Shown here: piece by piece, positions 50,998 to 64,000 of the stretch | Numbering within the stretch: the stretch's first letter is position 1 | How the letters are laid out: each line of letters opens with the position of its first letter | DNA from: Lingula anatina | Lineage: Eukaryota > Animalia > Brachiopoda | NCBI GenBank assembly: GCA_051362555.1 | Contig: CM120640.1 | Location: 7,440,001-7,504,000 of the forward strand | Direction: 5' to 3' | Length of the DNA: 64,000 bases | Position numbers and translations under genes: made by a program | Notes under the pieces: model-generated | Database searches by the model: none | What the model saw: the letters and a program-made list of their open reading frames with translations, nothing else | What the model was told of the DNA's origin: nothing

Positions 50998-53182
50998 TGC
51001 AGACAGGGTTTGTTTAGAATTGTGCTTGACTTACTTGATAGTGAAATAGAAGTGCGGCTGCTGTGCAACCGGCTGGTTCGTTTTAGCAATCTATACTTCA
51101 GCAAAATGAGAGTGTGCCAGATTATAAATTGCTACCAACTAGTTGATGATTGCTTTAAGTTTAGTCCCTGTAGTTTATAAATATTGCTGGTCAAATTGAA
51201 AGATTCACATTTTGTGATATCTATAATATTGTTCGGGAATAGGTTTCAAGCAATCACCCAACATTTTATATAGGGATTGTTGGTAGTCACTTGGGACGAA
51301 TATTGTGTATAGCCTCTACGAATCCTTTTAATGTTCATGTTGAAATTTGAACTGGCAAGCAAAGTTCATTTGAATTTATTGTATTCGAATCCAGCCATCC
51401 TCTGCAATTTAAGCCTTGTATGAAGTATTATTGTACCACCACGTGCTGTAAGTTCTCTGGCACTCCTACAGGCACCAAGCACCTGTCTCATACCTCTCAA
51501 TGCTTGGGCTCTGAGACAACAATTTAAAATTTTTGGTGAACAATTGCCAGTCCCTGGAAGCTTATCATATACCTTTTTGTCAGGCAATACTCTAGCCTTG
51601 ATTTGGCAGTCATTTTTGTGTTAATTATGACATTATTTGTTTGGAATTAGACTTAGCGAATGAAATTGTAGCAACTTGGATTACTATTGTATTGTCATAC
51701 ACCATATTATGTACATTAGACATTAAGTATTTTATCATAAGCCAAGTTGGAGATGGTGGAGTGTAACTTGTCATTTTGATCTTTCAAGGAATATGTAAAA
51801 CATTCTTTGATCTCTTGATTCTTACCATTCTAGTGTCTAATATAATATATACAAAAACTGTATTTTTGCATTTAAAGTCAATAAATTATGAATGATTACA
51901 AGAAAGAATAAGTTTATTAATTCACTTGACACAATATTATTTGAGCCATTTAACCTAGAAACGTTGACACTAGAGATAGTGTGAAATATTTATGGACTTT
52001 TAAGCAAGCTGTCTAGAATATGTTTTACCTTGAAGTGAATAATATTTTTAACATAAATAACAAATAAGGAATGTTGAAGTGTGTCAGATCTCTAGAGATC
52101 ACAGTTGTCTTGAAAATAAACTGTCCTGCAGTTTTTGAAAAAAAAAAGTTGAGCTTAATTGGAAGGATCACACTATACTTAACAAAAAAAAGTTTTACTG
52201 TAATAGTAAACTTGCCTTGAGCTCACCCATTAATAAATAAAACTTAAAAAGTGCATCCATTTTGACATTTTGGTTGGTTCTAAACACACCATACCATCAG
52301 TTTCATGGACCTGTATTAAAAAAACTCCCAAAATTCCTATTGCCTAAAAATGATTACCCTGTAAATGAAATCAATACTTTTCTTTAACAAGTTTGGGGTG
52401 TCTACAGAAGGTAATATTTTGAAAAAAAAAAAATTCAATTTAATCATGTTAAATGGTCAAACTGCTGAGTATAATTTATTTTTTTGGAGAAAAAACACCC
52501 TCCAACTCATCTTTAGGTCATAATTTCATTAAAATGACACAAATAAGAAGTGAATTCATATTTCTAATGGTGATTACAGGTTGTAAATATTTTTTGTCAT
52601 CTCCATCATCTGTTATCTTTCAGGAAATACTTCTAATCACTAATTATCATTTCATATCTTCTATCTGGCAAATAGAGATCCACCTGAAAAACAAAAAGTA
52701 CCACATAAAATGTCTGAGCTCACCAATTTTATCAAATTTCATACAGTAACATTTTAAAGTGGTGAGGTTAGTAACTAGTGTTGCAAAAAGAGTGAAGCAG
52801 GCACATGACTATAGTAATTCTACTTCAAAAAGAAAATACGAAATGGTCATAAAGTGAATTGTTTAAATATTTTATCCCGTCAAACACTGGCCAGTTAACT
52901 AATCGGCTGTTTGAACACTGTTTATGAAACACAATTTTTACCATCTTTTAGTTAAGGGATGTTAGGAGAATTTATCCACTGGTTAGTGTGAAATGTCCTT
53001 CATGAAAGTGGGCCCAGGTGGCTAGCAGGATTTTGAGAAACCATTTCACAGAAATCCTCATTCACACTACTGTAATTATTCATATTGTGACCTGATTCAC
53101 TATCTATCCATATACTTGACCATAGTGTGAATGGGTTATGTCTATCAATCATGAACTTAATTGTACTTTTCCTCTTACCATC

Positions 53183-53414
53183 TTAGATATCCACAGAAGG
53201 CACTGTCATACCCGTTTCCTTTGATGATTTCCACAGAAGTGCTCTCTGAAAGGGGCAAAGAGAGAAACATAAAAATTCATCAGACACTACATCAAGGTAG
53301 GATAATTTGCTTTATAATTCATCTTGTAAAGTAGGATAATTAAGTTTATAATTCACCTATTAAAGTCACCTGTTAAATCACTCATTCTTTCTAAAAAAGA
53401 CCATACTCTTCCAC

Positions 53415-53493
<79 letters not shown>

Positions 53494-56400
53494 GCACCTT
53501 AGGCTGTATATATTAACTGGCTATTTTGTGCCACGTAAAACGAAAATGATGAAAACAGATTATGTATCTTGTATTTTAGGCTTATATAGACAGAAAAAAA
53601 TGTGAATGGTGGTGCAAAACCACATCACATAAATCTGAATATCATTTTCACCTGTAAACTTTTAACTTTTGATTCCAACTCTTTGATAACTTCTGCTTTC
53701 TTTCTGTTGTCATCTTCCAACATATTGACCTTGTCCTGAAACTGGTTCATTACAGCATCCTGAAATTGAAAACACGTACACAGCTGAATATTTTTTGAAA
53801 ATTGAAATGTGAATCATTATAACATTTCTATTTCTTTTAATAACATTGTATTTTTTTCTCAACAAAAATATGCATTTAAGACACAGATTCTAAAAGAAAG
53901 TGGGCAAATTTCAGGTTACAAATAAATTATGAATGTCGTCTAAATTTTTCATCAAAATATGGATTTATCTTCGTGAAATTACCATATTTTGCATTAAGAC
54001 ACTCTTCAATCCTGTCAATAAAGAAGACGGGTCTTGCGAGCCCATTTCGTTCCCCTGAACCACCACCTTTGGTATTGCCTCAGAGCTCAAAGGTGCTGGG
54101 GTTGTTGACAGTCCTGTTGACTCAGGGCCAGATGGCTGTGGTTGGTTAAGATTCGACTTATCAAAAGATTTGAGATTCTGCAGGTCCACACCACCCGATC
54201 CGCCAGGGGTGTTGTCTCTGTAGCTGAGAACACAGTCACAGGAGTGAGACCTCAGGCTAGCCATGCTGCCCTTCTGACTGAAATAGTACAGTAGTGGTGT
54301 TAGGGAGATATTGGTATTAAGTAAACAACACACAACTGTCTGAGACAGCTGCTATAATTATGGATATAATAGTAGTAAAAAAAAATCATTTTGTATCTCA
54401 CACAAAGTCTAGTTTATGCATTCTTCCAAAAGGTTAAGTTAAATATAACATTTATATGTTTGAGCATATTAGTGATTTGATCAGCACACATAAAAGTACT
54501 GACATATCTGTATCATACATGTCATACATTCTATCCAGCACCAAGTAAATATTATGTCAAGAGAATTAGTGTCCAAAATGGACTAAAAGAATTACTGTTT
54601 CCTGAGAAAATGTATGAAAGAGGAGTTGAAAGTGAGAGTGCTGTATAATAAAACTAACTAGTGTGGAAAAAAATATAACAGCAAAAGCTGTGAAATGTGC
54701 AGAACTCAACGTAAATTTTGTCTTTTATTATTGACTACAGAAAATTATAAGTAAAACAGACCCACCAAAAAAGAGAGCAACAAATTGCTCAAAGGCAAAG
54801 GGATTTTGTTCATTTTTAAAGATTTTTTTAAAAAGTATTTTGGCACCATGAAATACTTGTTAGTCAAAATAGAATTCATTTTCCTTTTATTGTTTGCAAA
54901 GTTCATAGCAAGTCTAAAATTCTAAAATGTTAGGAAAATTTAAAAAAAAATCCATTTTTGCATTTGGAATTAATCCTGCAAATTTGAAGGAATAAGTCAC
55001 TATTTTACATATTATTCAGTACAAAAGAAACGGGCACAGATGGATTTCAGAAGGACAGACTTCTGGGAATGTTAAATGTACAGACACAAAAATGTCTGCG
55101 CATAAAAAGGCAACAGCAACCTGGGGCTTGCAGGTATCAGTGGCATTCCAATATCACTGTAGTGGCTACAATCCCGTTTCTTTTCACACTTGCTGGCAAT
55201 TGCATCAATTTCCTCACTAAGAGTCTTTCGAAGTTTATGGTGAGTCATCTTTTTCTTGCGTAACAGGATGGGGGTAGGCACATACTTAATTTCTGGAGGT
55301 TCAAACACCTCATCGCTGCCTACATCGGGAAGATCTTCCATGTTCTCCTCCTTCCCCTTTACTGTCAAATGTACTACTGGAGCCTGTGAAGAGGAGTTGT
55401 CCACACTGACAGAGTTCACCACAGGAGGTGGTAAAACATTCTGATCAGGAGATGTCTCACTTCCATCACTGTCCTCCTTACTGCTAGCATCACTTCCACA
55501 CATTTCTACTTTGATTTGTATATCACAAGGCACCAGGGGTTTGGCTTGGTCGTCAGCATCCAGGTTGTTTATCTGAGAATATTCTTTTCCTTTTACAAAA
55601 CGGCGCCTCCTTGAGGAGGCTCTAAGCACTCTACAGGGGCTGACCAACTCTTCCTCATTTTCACCATCACTACTAGTCAGTTTGTCTTTAAACTTTACAT
55701 TCTTTTTGGCCTTCCTTGATGCTACCTGCCAGGTTGGTTTGGTTAGTTGGCACAAAGAAGCTGCTACGTGAACCTGGTTCTGCAGCATTTTTTTCCTGCG
55801 CCTTTCTTCTATTTCTTTTAGCCTCTTTCTGCCATATTCTTGCATGAATGCCTAGGAAGTCAATTATGATAAGAAAAGCTAATTGTAAGTGAAAACTTTT
55901 AAAGAAAGGCAATGAAGATTGTTTTTAAGTACTAGTAAGTTGTTTTTAAGTAAGTGGAAAATAAAGTTAATAGAATTATCTCTATGTCATCGAAAATAGT
56001 CTAAATTAAAAGAACAAAAGCATGATCTCTATTTATTTTTCCTTACTAATAGATTTAAATCAGTGTACAGAAAAACAGAAAACAGCAAAACATTGGTAAA
56101 TAGATTATCTATCTAAATTCAATATTCTTTGAGAAGAAGATATGCATCAAACAGGAGGTTCAATTGTAAATAATATCTCTGAAATACTTGTCTTGCACAA
56201 ATAATCCTTAATCTAAATAGGAGAAAATGAAAAATAATTTGCTGGACTAAACGAAATCAAAATTATATTGATCTACAAAACGGGATTAAACACTGCCTTT
56301 TGAATGGATGTTAATTTTAAGATAAATAGCGATAAAACCAATGAAGACCCTTCTAGGTTGTGTGCTAAATGTATTCTCTGCCAACAATTCAGCCTCCTAT

Positions 56401-57907
56401 TTAATCCCTACACACCATTATAGACAGCTTCTAAAATGACAAACACTGGTTAACAATGATTGTATTTTAGGGAGTCATAAACCAAACTACGCTGGTGTAT
56501 ACAATATAACATGAGGAAAAAACAAAAAGAAAGAAGGAAATACCAGTAGGAAGGGAGAAAAACAAACATTAAGCATTGACAGCAGACTGAACCAAAACCC
56601 TTTTATATATACATACACCTTTGCAAAGTAGATGTCCCAGTCAACAACTCTTCAGACATTGTCACATCCAACACTTGGACTGTATACCAAACCTCAACAT
56701 GCACACTTTATCAAACGACACTTTGACATGTCATAAATACTGTCAGACCTGTAACATACCAGTCTGTATAATGTCACACCTGACATATTGTCACACAAAC
56801 CTACATTGTACATGTAGCACACTAACACATATGAAACATCACAAATCACAACTACCACACCTGATTTATCACATTTGACACTATACAGACTGTGCTGAAT
56901 TAGTTTTGATAACAGAGGGCCCTACATTTGTATATATATATATTCTCCTTTAAATATCATAATTTTGTAAGAGAACTGATAGACGTTAATGACTTGATAA
57001 AATACCTTGGTGGGAGGCTATAAACCCCCAGCAGGTTGGCTACCAAGGAGGGGGGCTGTGTGGTAACAGGATGAGCAGAACAGTCCATCTCCTCCCCAGC
57101 CTGCTCTTGGTTATCAGGTGCACAGCTGCTCATTTTATTCTTTGCCATTATTTCAGTTAATCTTCTTTTGGCAGACTCTGTCAATAATGCCTGTGCATAA
57201 AGGAAAACCCCATGCAACAACATCAAGCACAACAATTATGGCAGCTTTTAAAAGGGATACTGAGAGCAACAAAAGAAAAATTGCCCTAAAATGTAACGTC
57301 ACACATTTAACTCTCTGCCATAAATAGAAGGAAGCTGATGAACTGAAAATATTGTTTGTCTTAAATAAAGAAGAAAACATTTGCAAAATTTACATAACCT
57401 GCCATGACAACAAATAAAAAGTTGCAACAAAATACACATATCAAGGCCAAATATAAGTTGAAGGGACATACAGAAAATCAGGTACCACAGAAAATACAGA
57501 CATACAGGTACCACAGAAAATCAAAGAACATTTTTGGTAAAGTCAGTGACAAACACTCTGTTTTATTTGTATTAGTTTTAAATCACTTTTTCTTATACTG
57601 ATGGTTTCTTTCCATACTGATAGGTAAAAGTGAAAATAATGGGGCAAGTCAAAATTATGCAAATATTACTAAATATGTGTTTGTTACTGACATATGACAT
57701 AAATGTTCACTTTTTTCAGAAAAAGACCCCCTCCTCCCCACTTCCATTACTCATCCATCTCCATCATCATTCTCATCCATTCTTTACCTCAGCCTCAGGG
57801 TGGTCCTGTAGTGCAGACAACACATCTTCCCTGGACAGTACAAATAACTCTGAGTATCCCACTGACCTCACGTCTGCTGTACGCCTGCAATACACAGGGG
57901 AAAAGTA

Positions 57908-57941
<34 letters not shown>

Positions 57942-60900
57942 TTATATATAGGTACTCTGCATTCATTCCCTTAACTTACTCTAATAACTGGACCACTTTC
58001 TGATCTCATAAAACTCATTCACTTCTGCTCAGTTAATGAGGTTTCAGGCTATAAAGAGGTTAGTGATATATGTTACTGCAATCTTCATCCATTATAGAAA
58101 TGTATGGGTAAAATAGATTATCCTGTGTTCATACTAACAAACACTACAAATTGCTTAAAAATCAATAACAATTTCCATATAAAAACTGAAAACCACCATT
58201 AGCTAAAGTTTTTTGTCATTGATGAGTACTTGGTAAAACATTTGTATCTCTTTGCAAAACGCTCATTAGAATATAGCATTAGGAATCTCTTAACTGAGTG
58301 AAAAGGTTTGTTTCATGACTGTTAAATAATTAAGACCTGGTAAGGAAAAGTATACCTGTTGACCCCACCATCCAGGTTTAGAATACCAATCTCTCCAAAG
58401 AAATCCCCAGATACCATCTGTGTAACCACTTCTCCACTTTCACTGGTGCGCAGAATTTAAAAAAAAATTGCAGAATAATTTTTCCATTTACTATAAAACA
58501 TCTGTGCTACTGGGTGCATGATATTAGACTTCATCAAAATTTTAATGGACCAGGCACAATGCTGTGTTATTGGAACTAGTTTTAAGTTCCCTGGAGGCCA
58601 AGTGAGGGATAGTAATACAGCTATTATATAAATGGATTTGCTCATATCAAGGCAGTTCTCTTCAATCTTCATCAAGACAAATATACATGCATCTTAAGGG
58701 CCCGGCGTTAACTTTGGGTATCTGATAGTTACTGTGTTTTATGGCCAAAATAAAAAATGCATTCCAGTCAGCAAATTGGTGACAGAGATTGCTTCAAATG
58801 GTGGAAACACATTGGAAACGTTCACAAAATGGTAGATCGCCCCTGGCAAGAACCAGTAGGCCAACCTTCCATTCTACTAGCTATACCACTAATGTCGAAC
58901 TCTGATCTTTTTCCAGTTAATAAATCATAATCTGAATTTGATAATCATCTATTGTGTGTTAACAAAACCTGCAAATATAAATCCATCAGAACTTTTGAAT
59001 ATAAAAAGTAGTAAAGTAGTGTAAATATACCTGAGCACTTCTAGCACTCCGTCAGCTATAATGAACATTTCTCTAGCCACCTCGCCTTTCCTGCAGATGA
59101 GGTCCCCCGGGGTGAAGATATACGCCTTCATTTTGAGCACCAGGTCATGGAGGAACTCTGGTTCACACTCTTGAAAGATTGTCACCTGGAAAAATGAATT
59201 CAAATATTACAAATGCTTCTTCGGATAAGGCTCAGTCAATCTGACAATGGGTATATGTATGTGCGTACTGGTATATGTAGCCTAACATTTTATATGATAA
59301 AAATGTTTAAGCCTTCGGAACACTGTCCAACCAAGCATATTTTTAGTTTGAATTCTGTGAAAGCAGCTTTAATGCCAGCATCAACTTAAAGACTAATATT
59401 TCAAAAGAAACCAATTCCTCAATATCATTCATTATCACATTTCTTCAATATCATTCATTTTCACACATAATGATTAATGTTTAACCAGCATACATACAAA
59501 CAAATTAACTTACCTTCCGAAGAGTCTCTAGATTGACATGAAGTGCCAACTCTGTTTTCAGTTTATCAGGTAGTAAACCCAGTGAGTTGATATCCCCACC
59601 ACCACTGATACGGCCCCTTAAATAACAACAGGAATGTATTCACATAAAAGTAATCAGATAATAATTTTTAATAGCCAGGAATTTCATTAAAAGATATTTT
59701 TATACAAGTTAGGTAGACTTCCAAGTTCTTTTGCCTATACACCTGATAGCCATATTTGACAGTAATTAAAAACAATGCATTTAAGGGCGCTTTTAGGTCA
59801 TATTTTTAATTTTGTTTGGTCCGAATGAAATTCAATGCAGTCTTTTGGCATTCTAACTTAACCTCTTTGCATTTGATTTTAACCACTAAATAAATGCAAT
59901 TCTTTTATCATGGATTATTTGAGTCATACATATAGTTACTGTAGTAAATCAAACAAATTTATTGTAAAATAAAAAATCTACCTTTTGTAAATATGAGTGC
60001 AGAATTAAACTTCTTTTTAAATCTCTTTTACAATTGTTTTTCTTTAAAATAAGTATATCTACTTTTGAATTCAAAGCTTCATATTGATCATTTCCCTTTT
60101 TAAAGTTTTTACTGTCGTTTTAAAATTCCTTTAAATTTCCTTTTGAAATTAATAGCCATCATTTTGAGTTTATGTTATGATAAAACCTTAATGCCTTGAT
60201 GTATCAGATATACAAAGTACTGTTACATATATTATGGACAGGAGTCAGGGCATGACAATCAAGCAATTGTGAACCAGTGTCAGGTACAGTGTACTAGACA
60301 AAGTGCTTGTGAATGTGCCTCAAAAGGCCTACAACTCTCTGCAAGGTCCACAAACTGGCTCTAAAATACTGCCACTATCAACAGTACAAGCATGTGGACA
60401 CAATTTATCTATGACTGCGGGAAGCATGGTGAAGCTTTGAAGCTTGGACACAGTGCTGAAGCAAGTCTCTGATGGTGGACATGAATATATATTTGAGTGT
60501 GACAAGAGTGTGGAATCTCTGAGGCATTCAGACAGGTATGTCCCCCTGTGATTGCACAGGTACACGTGCAGCAGGGGGTGGAGGGTGGGGTGGGGGGCGT
60601 GATGGCTGATACGATTGGGGACGGGGGGGGGGGGTCAAAAGAAGAGGAAGGAAGTGCTATAACAAGACTAAACAAGAACCGTGCCTTGCCTTTCATGCAG
60701 GCAACTTCTTACCTCACAATATTCCTGATTACGAGTGAAGAAAAAATATTCATTTATCTAGAATTTCATGGTTCATTTTTTAACTTTTCTGTATTCAAAA
60801 TAGCTCAGGACTAGTCATATTCAATCATGCATAATATTACACAAAATTTGTGACAGGTTTTTTTCCTCACTGAACCGAACAATAATGGGAGTGAAAAAGG

Positions 60901-62386
60901 TTTTATCTTTTATATACCACTACTTGCAGGATGTATTCATGAAAAAAAAATAGTGGAATATTAGGGCCTTTTACCAGGCAATTTTTTTCAAGACAATTTC
61001 TAGCAGAAGCCAGCAGGAGGGGCTACTAGCTTTAGAGTAAGCCATGCATGAAATAAACAGTCCAAAATAGAAAAAGAGGTTTCAGCAAATGGTACACTGT
61101 ACACTTACCTGGACCATGCATAGTCATACCATCTCTGTACACGTGTCTGCATGTCACGGGGAACATTGTGATTGCGCATGTATGCCTTGGCTCCATCCTA
61201 CATACAAAACACTTTAATTTAAACAATAAATTTCAAAGTCATTATTAAGTTTATTGCTTAAGCATGACAAAATCTACATAGCAACTATAGCTCTATAAGC
61301 CAGTGGAGCAATTTTAAATCTCACATCCCCAGTGCAATGTCTTGCATCTCTAACACAATCCACTCCCACAGAACTCACCAGAAGTCTTTCAAATTCCAGG
61401 CGACTTGCATTCCTGTTTGCTATGACATTGCCAACTTGTCCTGAAACCCAATAAAATGAATTAATAATGGATAGAGCAAGCCTTTATCAGCATGTAATAA
61501 TGCGTTTTTGGCATCAATACACAGAAATTCAGTCTGTAATCATCTATAGAAATGAATTCTTTAAAAATACTACTTCTTTGCCATTCATCTTTCATCTATC
61601 AGAACCAGTTATTTAAAATTCTTTAGGCAGATTCATTTAAAGGTTAAAAGTGATTTTAATTAATGGAAGTCTGTGGTACACCTGCTGTCAATCCATTAAG
61701 GACACAGAGCAATTTTCATGATGATAAAAAAAAAAAAACCAGAAGATTATGACATGTTCACATTAACAGCGTGTCCTTCAGGGCCTTCAACACATCATCA
61801 CTATAAGCTAACATACATTTAAGCTATACCTGTGATCTACGATATTTTTTCTTTTTGCCAAACAAAGGAAATCTTTGAAAGGAAAATTCAAATAATTTGA
61901 CATAATGGCTAACATTTGTTTATATTAATGTGTCACTGCCACAAGGACCATTGGGCAAGTTAGGTGCTCAAACGTGGAATCCTAAGACAAATGTTTATAT
62001 TAAGGAAGGTTTTTCATAAATACAGTAAATACCCTACATCAAGGTTTAAAAGTGCCACATTTTATCTTCTGTTCTGCATTTTGCAGGCCATTTTCTAAAA
62101 ATACTGTGTGGGACTGTTATAATATGACTCTTTACAAAAAATCATCTTCCTATAAAATGAAATCAGATTCATACAATTATGAATAACTTGTAAAATAGTG
62201 TGTAAGGGTCATTACTTATTTAGTCCCGAAGCAGTAAACCTGTATCATAGGCACGAAACCTATCTATTCCATACAAACCACTTTAGATGCTGTGCTGTCA
62301 TTCATGTTACAGTAGTGAAAGACTTACCCACAATTGTGGCAAACACAAACACACCAATAAGGTAGCTGAGAATGGTGAACACATAC
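53183..62386 (-). CDS. Cyclic-nucleotide-gated channel, Cngl-type (CNG-like), 3' portion; 5' exons lie beyond the window end
   Basis: Phase-consistent exons 62386-62328 (S6 YVFTILSYLIGVFVFATIVG), 61440-61379, 61197-61109, 59616-59514 (C-linker LPDKLKTELALHVN), 59185-59031, 58442-58356 (FFGEIGIL), 57884-57788 (RTADVRSVGYSELF); then isoform A 57190-57006, 54277-53983, 53759-53652 (coiled coil), 53245-53183 (stop). Confidence 0.9.
53417..53490. repeat. (TA)n microsatellite
   Basis: ~37 TA repeats. Confidence 0.95.
55072..55851 (-). CDS. Alternative terminal exon (isoform B) of the CNG channel gene
   Basis: Acceptor cctag|GCA, phase 0; AFMQEYGRKRLKEIEERR continues the C-helix after DHPEAE; 259-codon open frame to stop. 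Confidence 0.75.
   Translation of the reverse strand, partial: AFMQEYGRKRLKEIEERRRKKMLQNQVHVAASLCQLTKPTWQVASRKAKKNVKFKDKLTSSDGENEEELVSPCRVLRASSRRRRFVKGKEYSQINNLDADDQAKPLVPCDIQIKVEMCGSDASSKEDSDGSETSPDQNVLPPPVVNSVSVDNSSSQAPVVHLTVKGKEENMEDLPDVGSDEVFEPPEIKYVPTPILLRKKKMTHHKLRKTLSEEIDAIASKCEKKRDCSHYSDIGMPLIPASPRLLLPFYAQTFLCLYI
57908..57950. repeat. (CA)n/(TA)n compound microsatellite
   Basis: Directly visible, just upstream of a CNG exon acceptor. Confidence 0.85.
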
Positions 62387-63300
62387 CTGGAATCAAACAC
62401 AAATTTCATAAGTTTTTCAAAGAAAAAAGACAATAGATAATTTACAGTGTAACTATAAATTGAATATTTGTACAATGAAAAAAAACCTGTGCATATATCT
62501 GGGACTGAAGTGATCAATTTGGGATTAGTACAGAGACATTTGGTGTGTGTCAACAAGTATACATTCAAACATTCTGTGACAAATAAAATGATCATGTAAT
62601 CTTATATGGTCCACCTTTGTGCAGGCTTATACAGCAAATACATGTCTGGCAGTCTCACTCAAGTGATCACTTACTGCTAATGTGTCCAGCCTATCTTGCT
62701 TTAGATTGACACAATGACAAGCTGTTGACAAACTACAATTTCCTGACATGTGCATGTGGATTTCAATACCTAGGTTCCCTCTGTAGTTTAAAGTCCTGGG
62801 TACCATTATTTCTATTACAATAGATTTGACTACCACAGCCTGTTATTTTGTAACGTTTTACTGTTTATACAATCTTTTTGGTTCTTGCCACAAATTCCAT
62901 GAGTCTAGTTCAATTTACCATCAATATTTCATCCACCAGATATAATGGACTCACTTGGGTTTTTATTTCCTCTCCATTTGCCAAGCAAAATATAATTCAA
63001 TTGATACATTGTTACAGTACCATTAGAGATACAGACAAGAAAGTCTAAATTGCTTGGTTGCATGGAATACTTTGGTTCTCATTTTGAATTTATAGGATCC
63101 AGAAAAGTTTCTAAGGAAAATCTATTAGAAAAGAAAAAAGAAAGAAAGAGAGGAAGAAAAATTTGGGGAAAAATGTGACCAAAAATTAAAGTTGTTTCAT
63201 TGCTGACAACCCATGGATAAAAATAAATTGCAAAAAATCTGCCTGTCTGTCAGCAGCAAAAGTGCACACAGTTCGATTTCAGAGAGAGAAATAAGTCTTA

Positions 63301-63819
63301 GGCTTCGTTCACATGGAAGGTCTATTTTCTAAAAATCTATTTTCTATTCGTGGTATATCTTGTAATCACGGTCTGTGTCCTGAATATCCTGCGGCGTAAT
63401 TACTGGCAGCGCGAGCCAGTTACTTCCAAAGCTGTAATTAATTCTCGGCTGTGCTCGGAGGAGATTCTGATACCTTGACGCATGCGCAGTAGGAAGTTAG
63501 AAAGTTAATGGCGGTCGTGGTTGCTTTGAAAAATGTGTTTGTCGATTTTGTGCAACAACAAGACGAAGAAGATGAAGAAGCTATACACACGACAGATATG
63601 ATGTGACCGTCATGATCCGATGGCAAGCGATGCGGCAACGGAGGATGAGATTTTATAGAATGCGAGCACAGCCAAGAATTAATTACAGCTTTGTATAAGT
63701 AACTGGCTCGTGCTGCCAGTAATTATGCTGCAGGATATTTAGGGCACAGACCGTGATCATAAGATACCGCGAATAGAAAATAGATTTTTAGAAAATAGAC
63801 TTTCCATGTGAACGAAGCC
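63301..63819. mobile_element. PIF/Harbinger-type MITE in CNG intron
   Basis: ~157-bp imperfect terminal inverted repeats beginning GGCTTCGTTCACATGGAA / TTCCATGTGAACGAAGCC; TTA duplicated on both sides (63298-63300, 63820-63822). Confidence 0.88.
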
Positions 63820-64000
63820 TTAAGCTTTACCATTTACTAACCATCACTCTAATAACAGCTGCAAACACCAACACTTGTTGGCCATAATATATTGCATATG
63901 ATCAATTTTTCTTTAATTTTTAATCATTATGAACATTAACAATATGTGACATGCTTTGGGATGATTGCACAAATGGATGCTAAGAGGATATAAAAACAAT

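Noticed and set aside
60329-60814. ORFs in the GC-richer patch of the CNG intron
   Set aside because: Low-complexity G/C tracts, stops in plausible frames, and the flanking CNG exons splice in phase without them

Overview
Eukaryotic, AT-rich, intron-rich invertebrate genomic DNA. An echinoderm-like origin is inferred from TATA-containing snRNA promoters and gene content; this is not proven. The window is dominated by a complete ~37.6 kb tandem array (~8559-46164) of 27 units of ~1339 bp. Each unit carries two different RNA genes on the minus strand: a 116-nt U5 snRNA gene (Pol II type) and a ~299-nt 7SL/SRP RNA gene (Pol III type). The repeated 81-85 aa ORFs in the ORF track are shadows of the 7SL gene. 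Unit 3 contains a young 5'-truncated Jockey/I-group LINE inserted exactly at the U5 transcription start, with a 14-bp target-site duplication. Left of the array are the last exon of a cystine-knot protein (+) and a 14-exon ADAM/reprolysin gene with a very short prodomain (-). Right of it are a complete UBE2G1 gene (+) and the 3' half of a Cngl-type cyclic-nucleotide-gated channel gene (-) with two mutually exclusive C-termini. Several MITEs and recurrent TA>TAGGCCTA footprints are also present. All exon and RNA boundaries were read by hand; RNA ends are approximate to a few nt.
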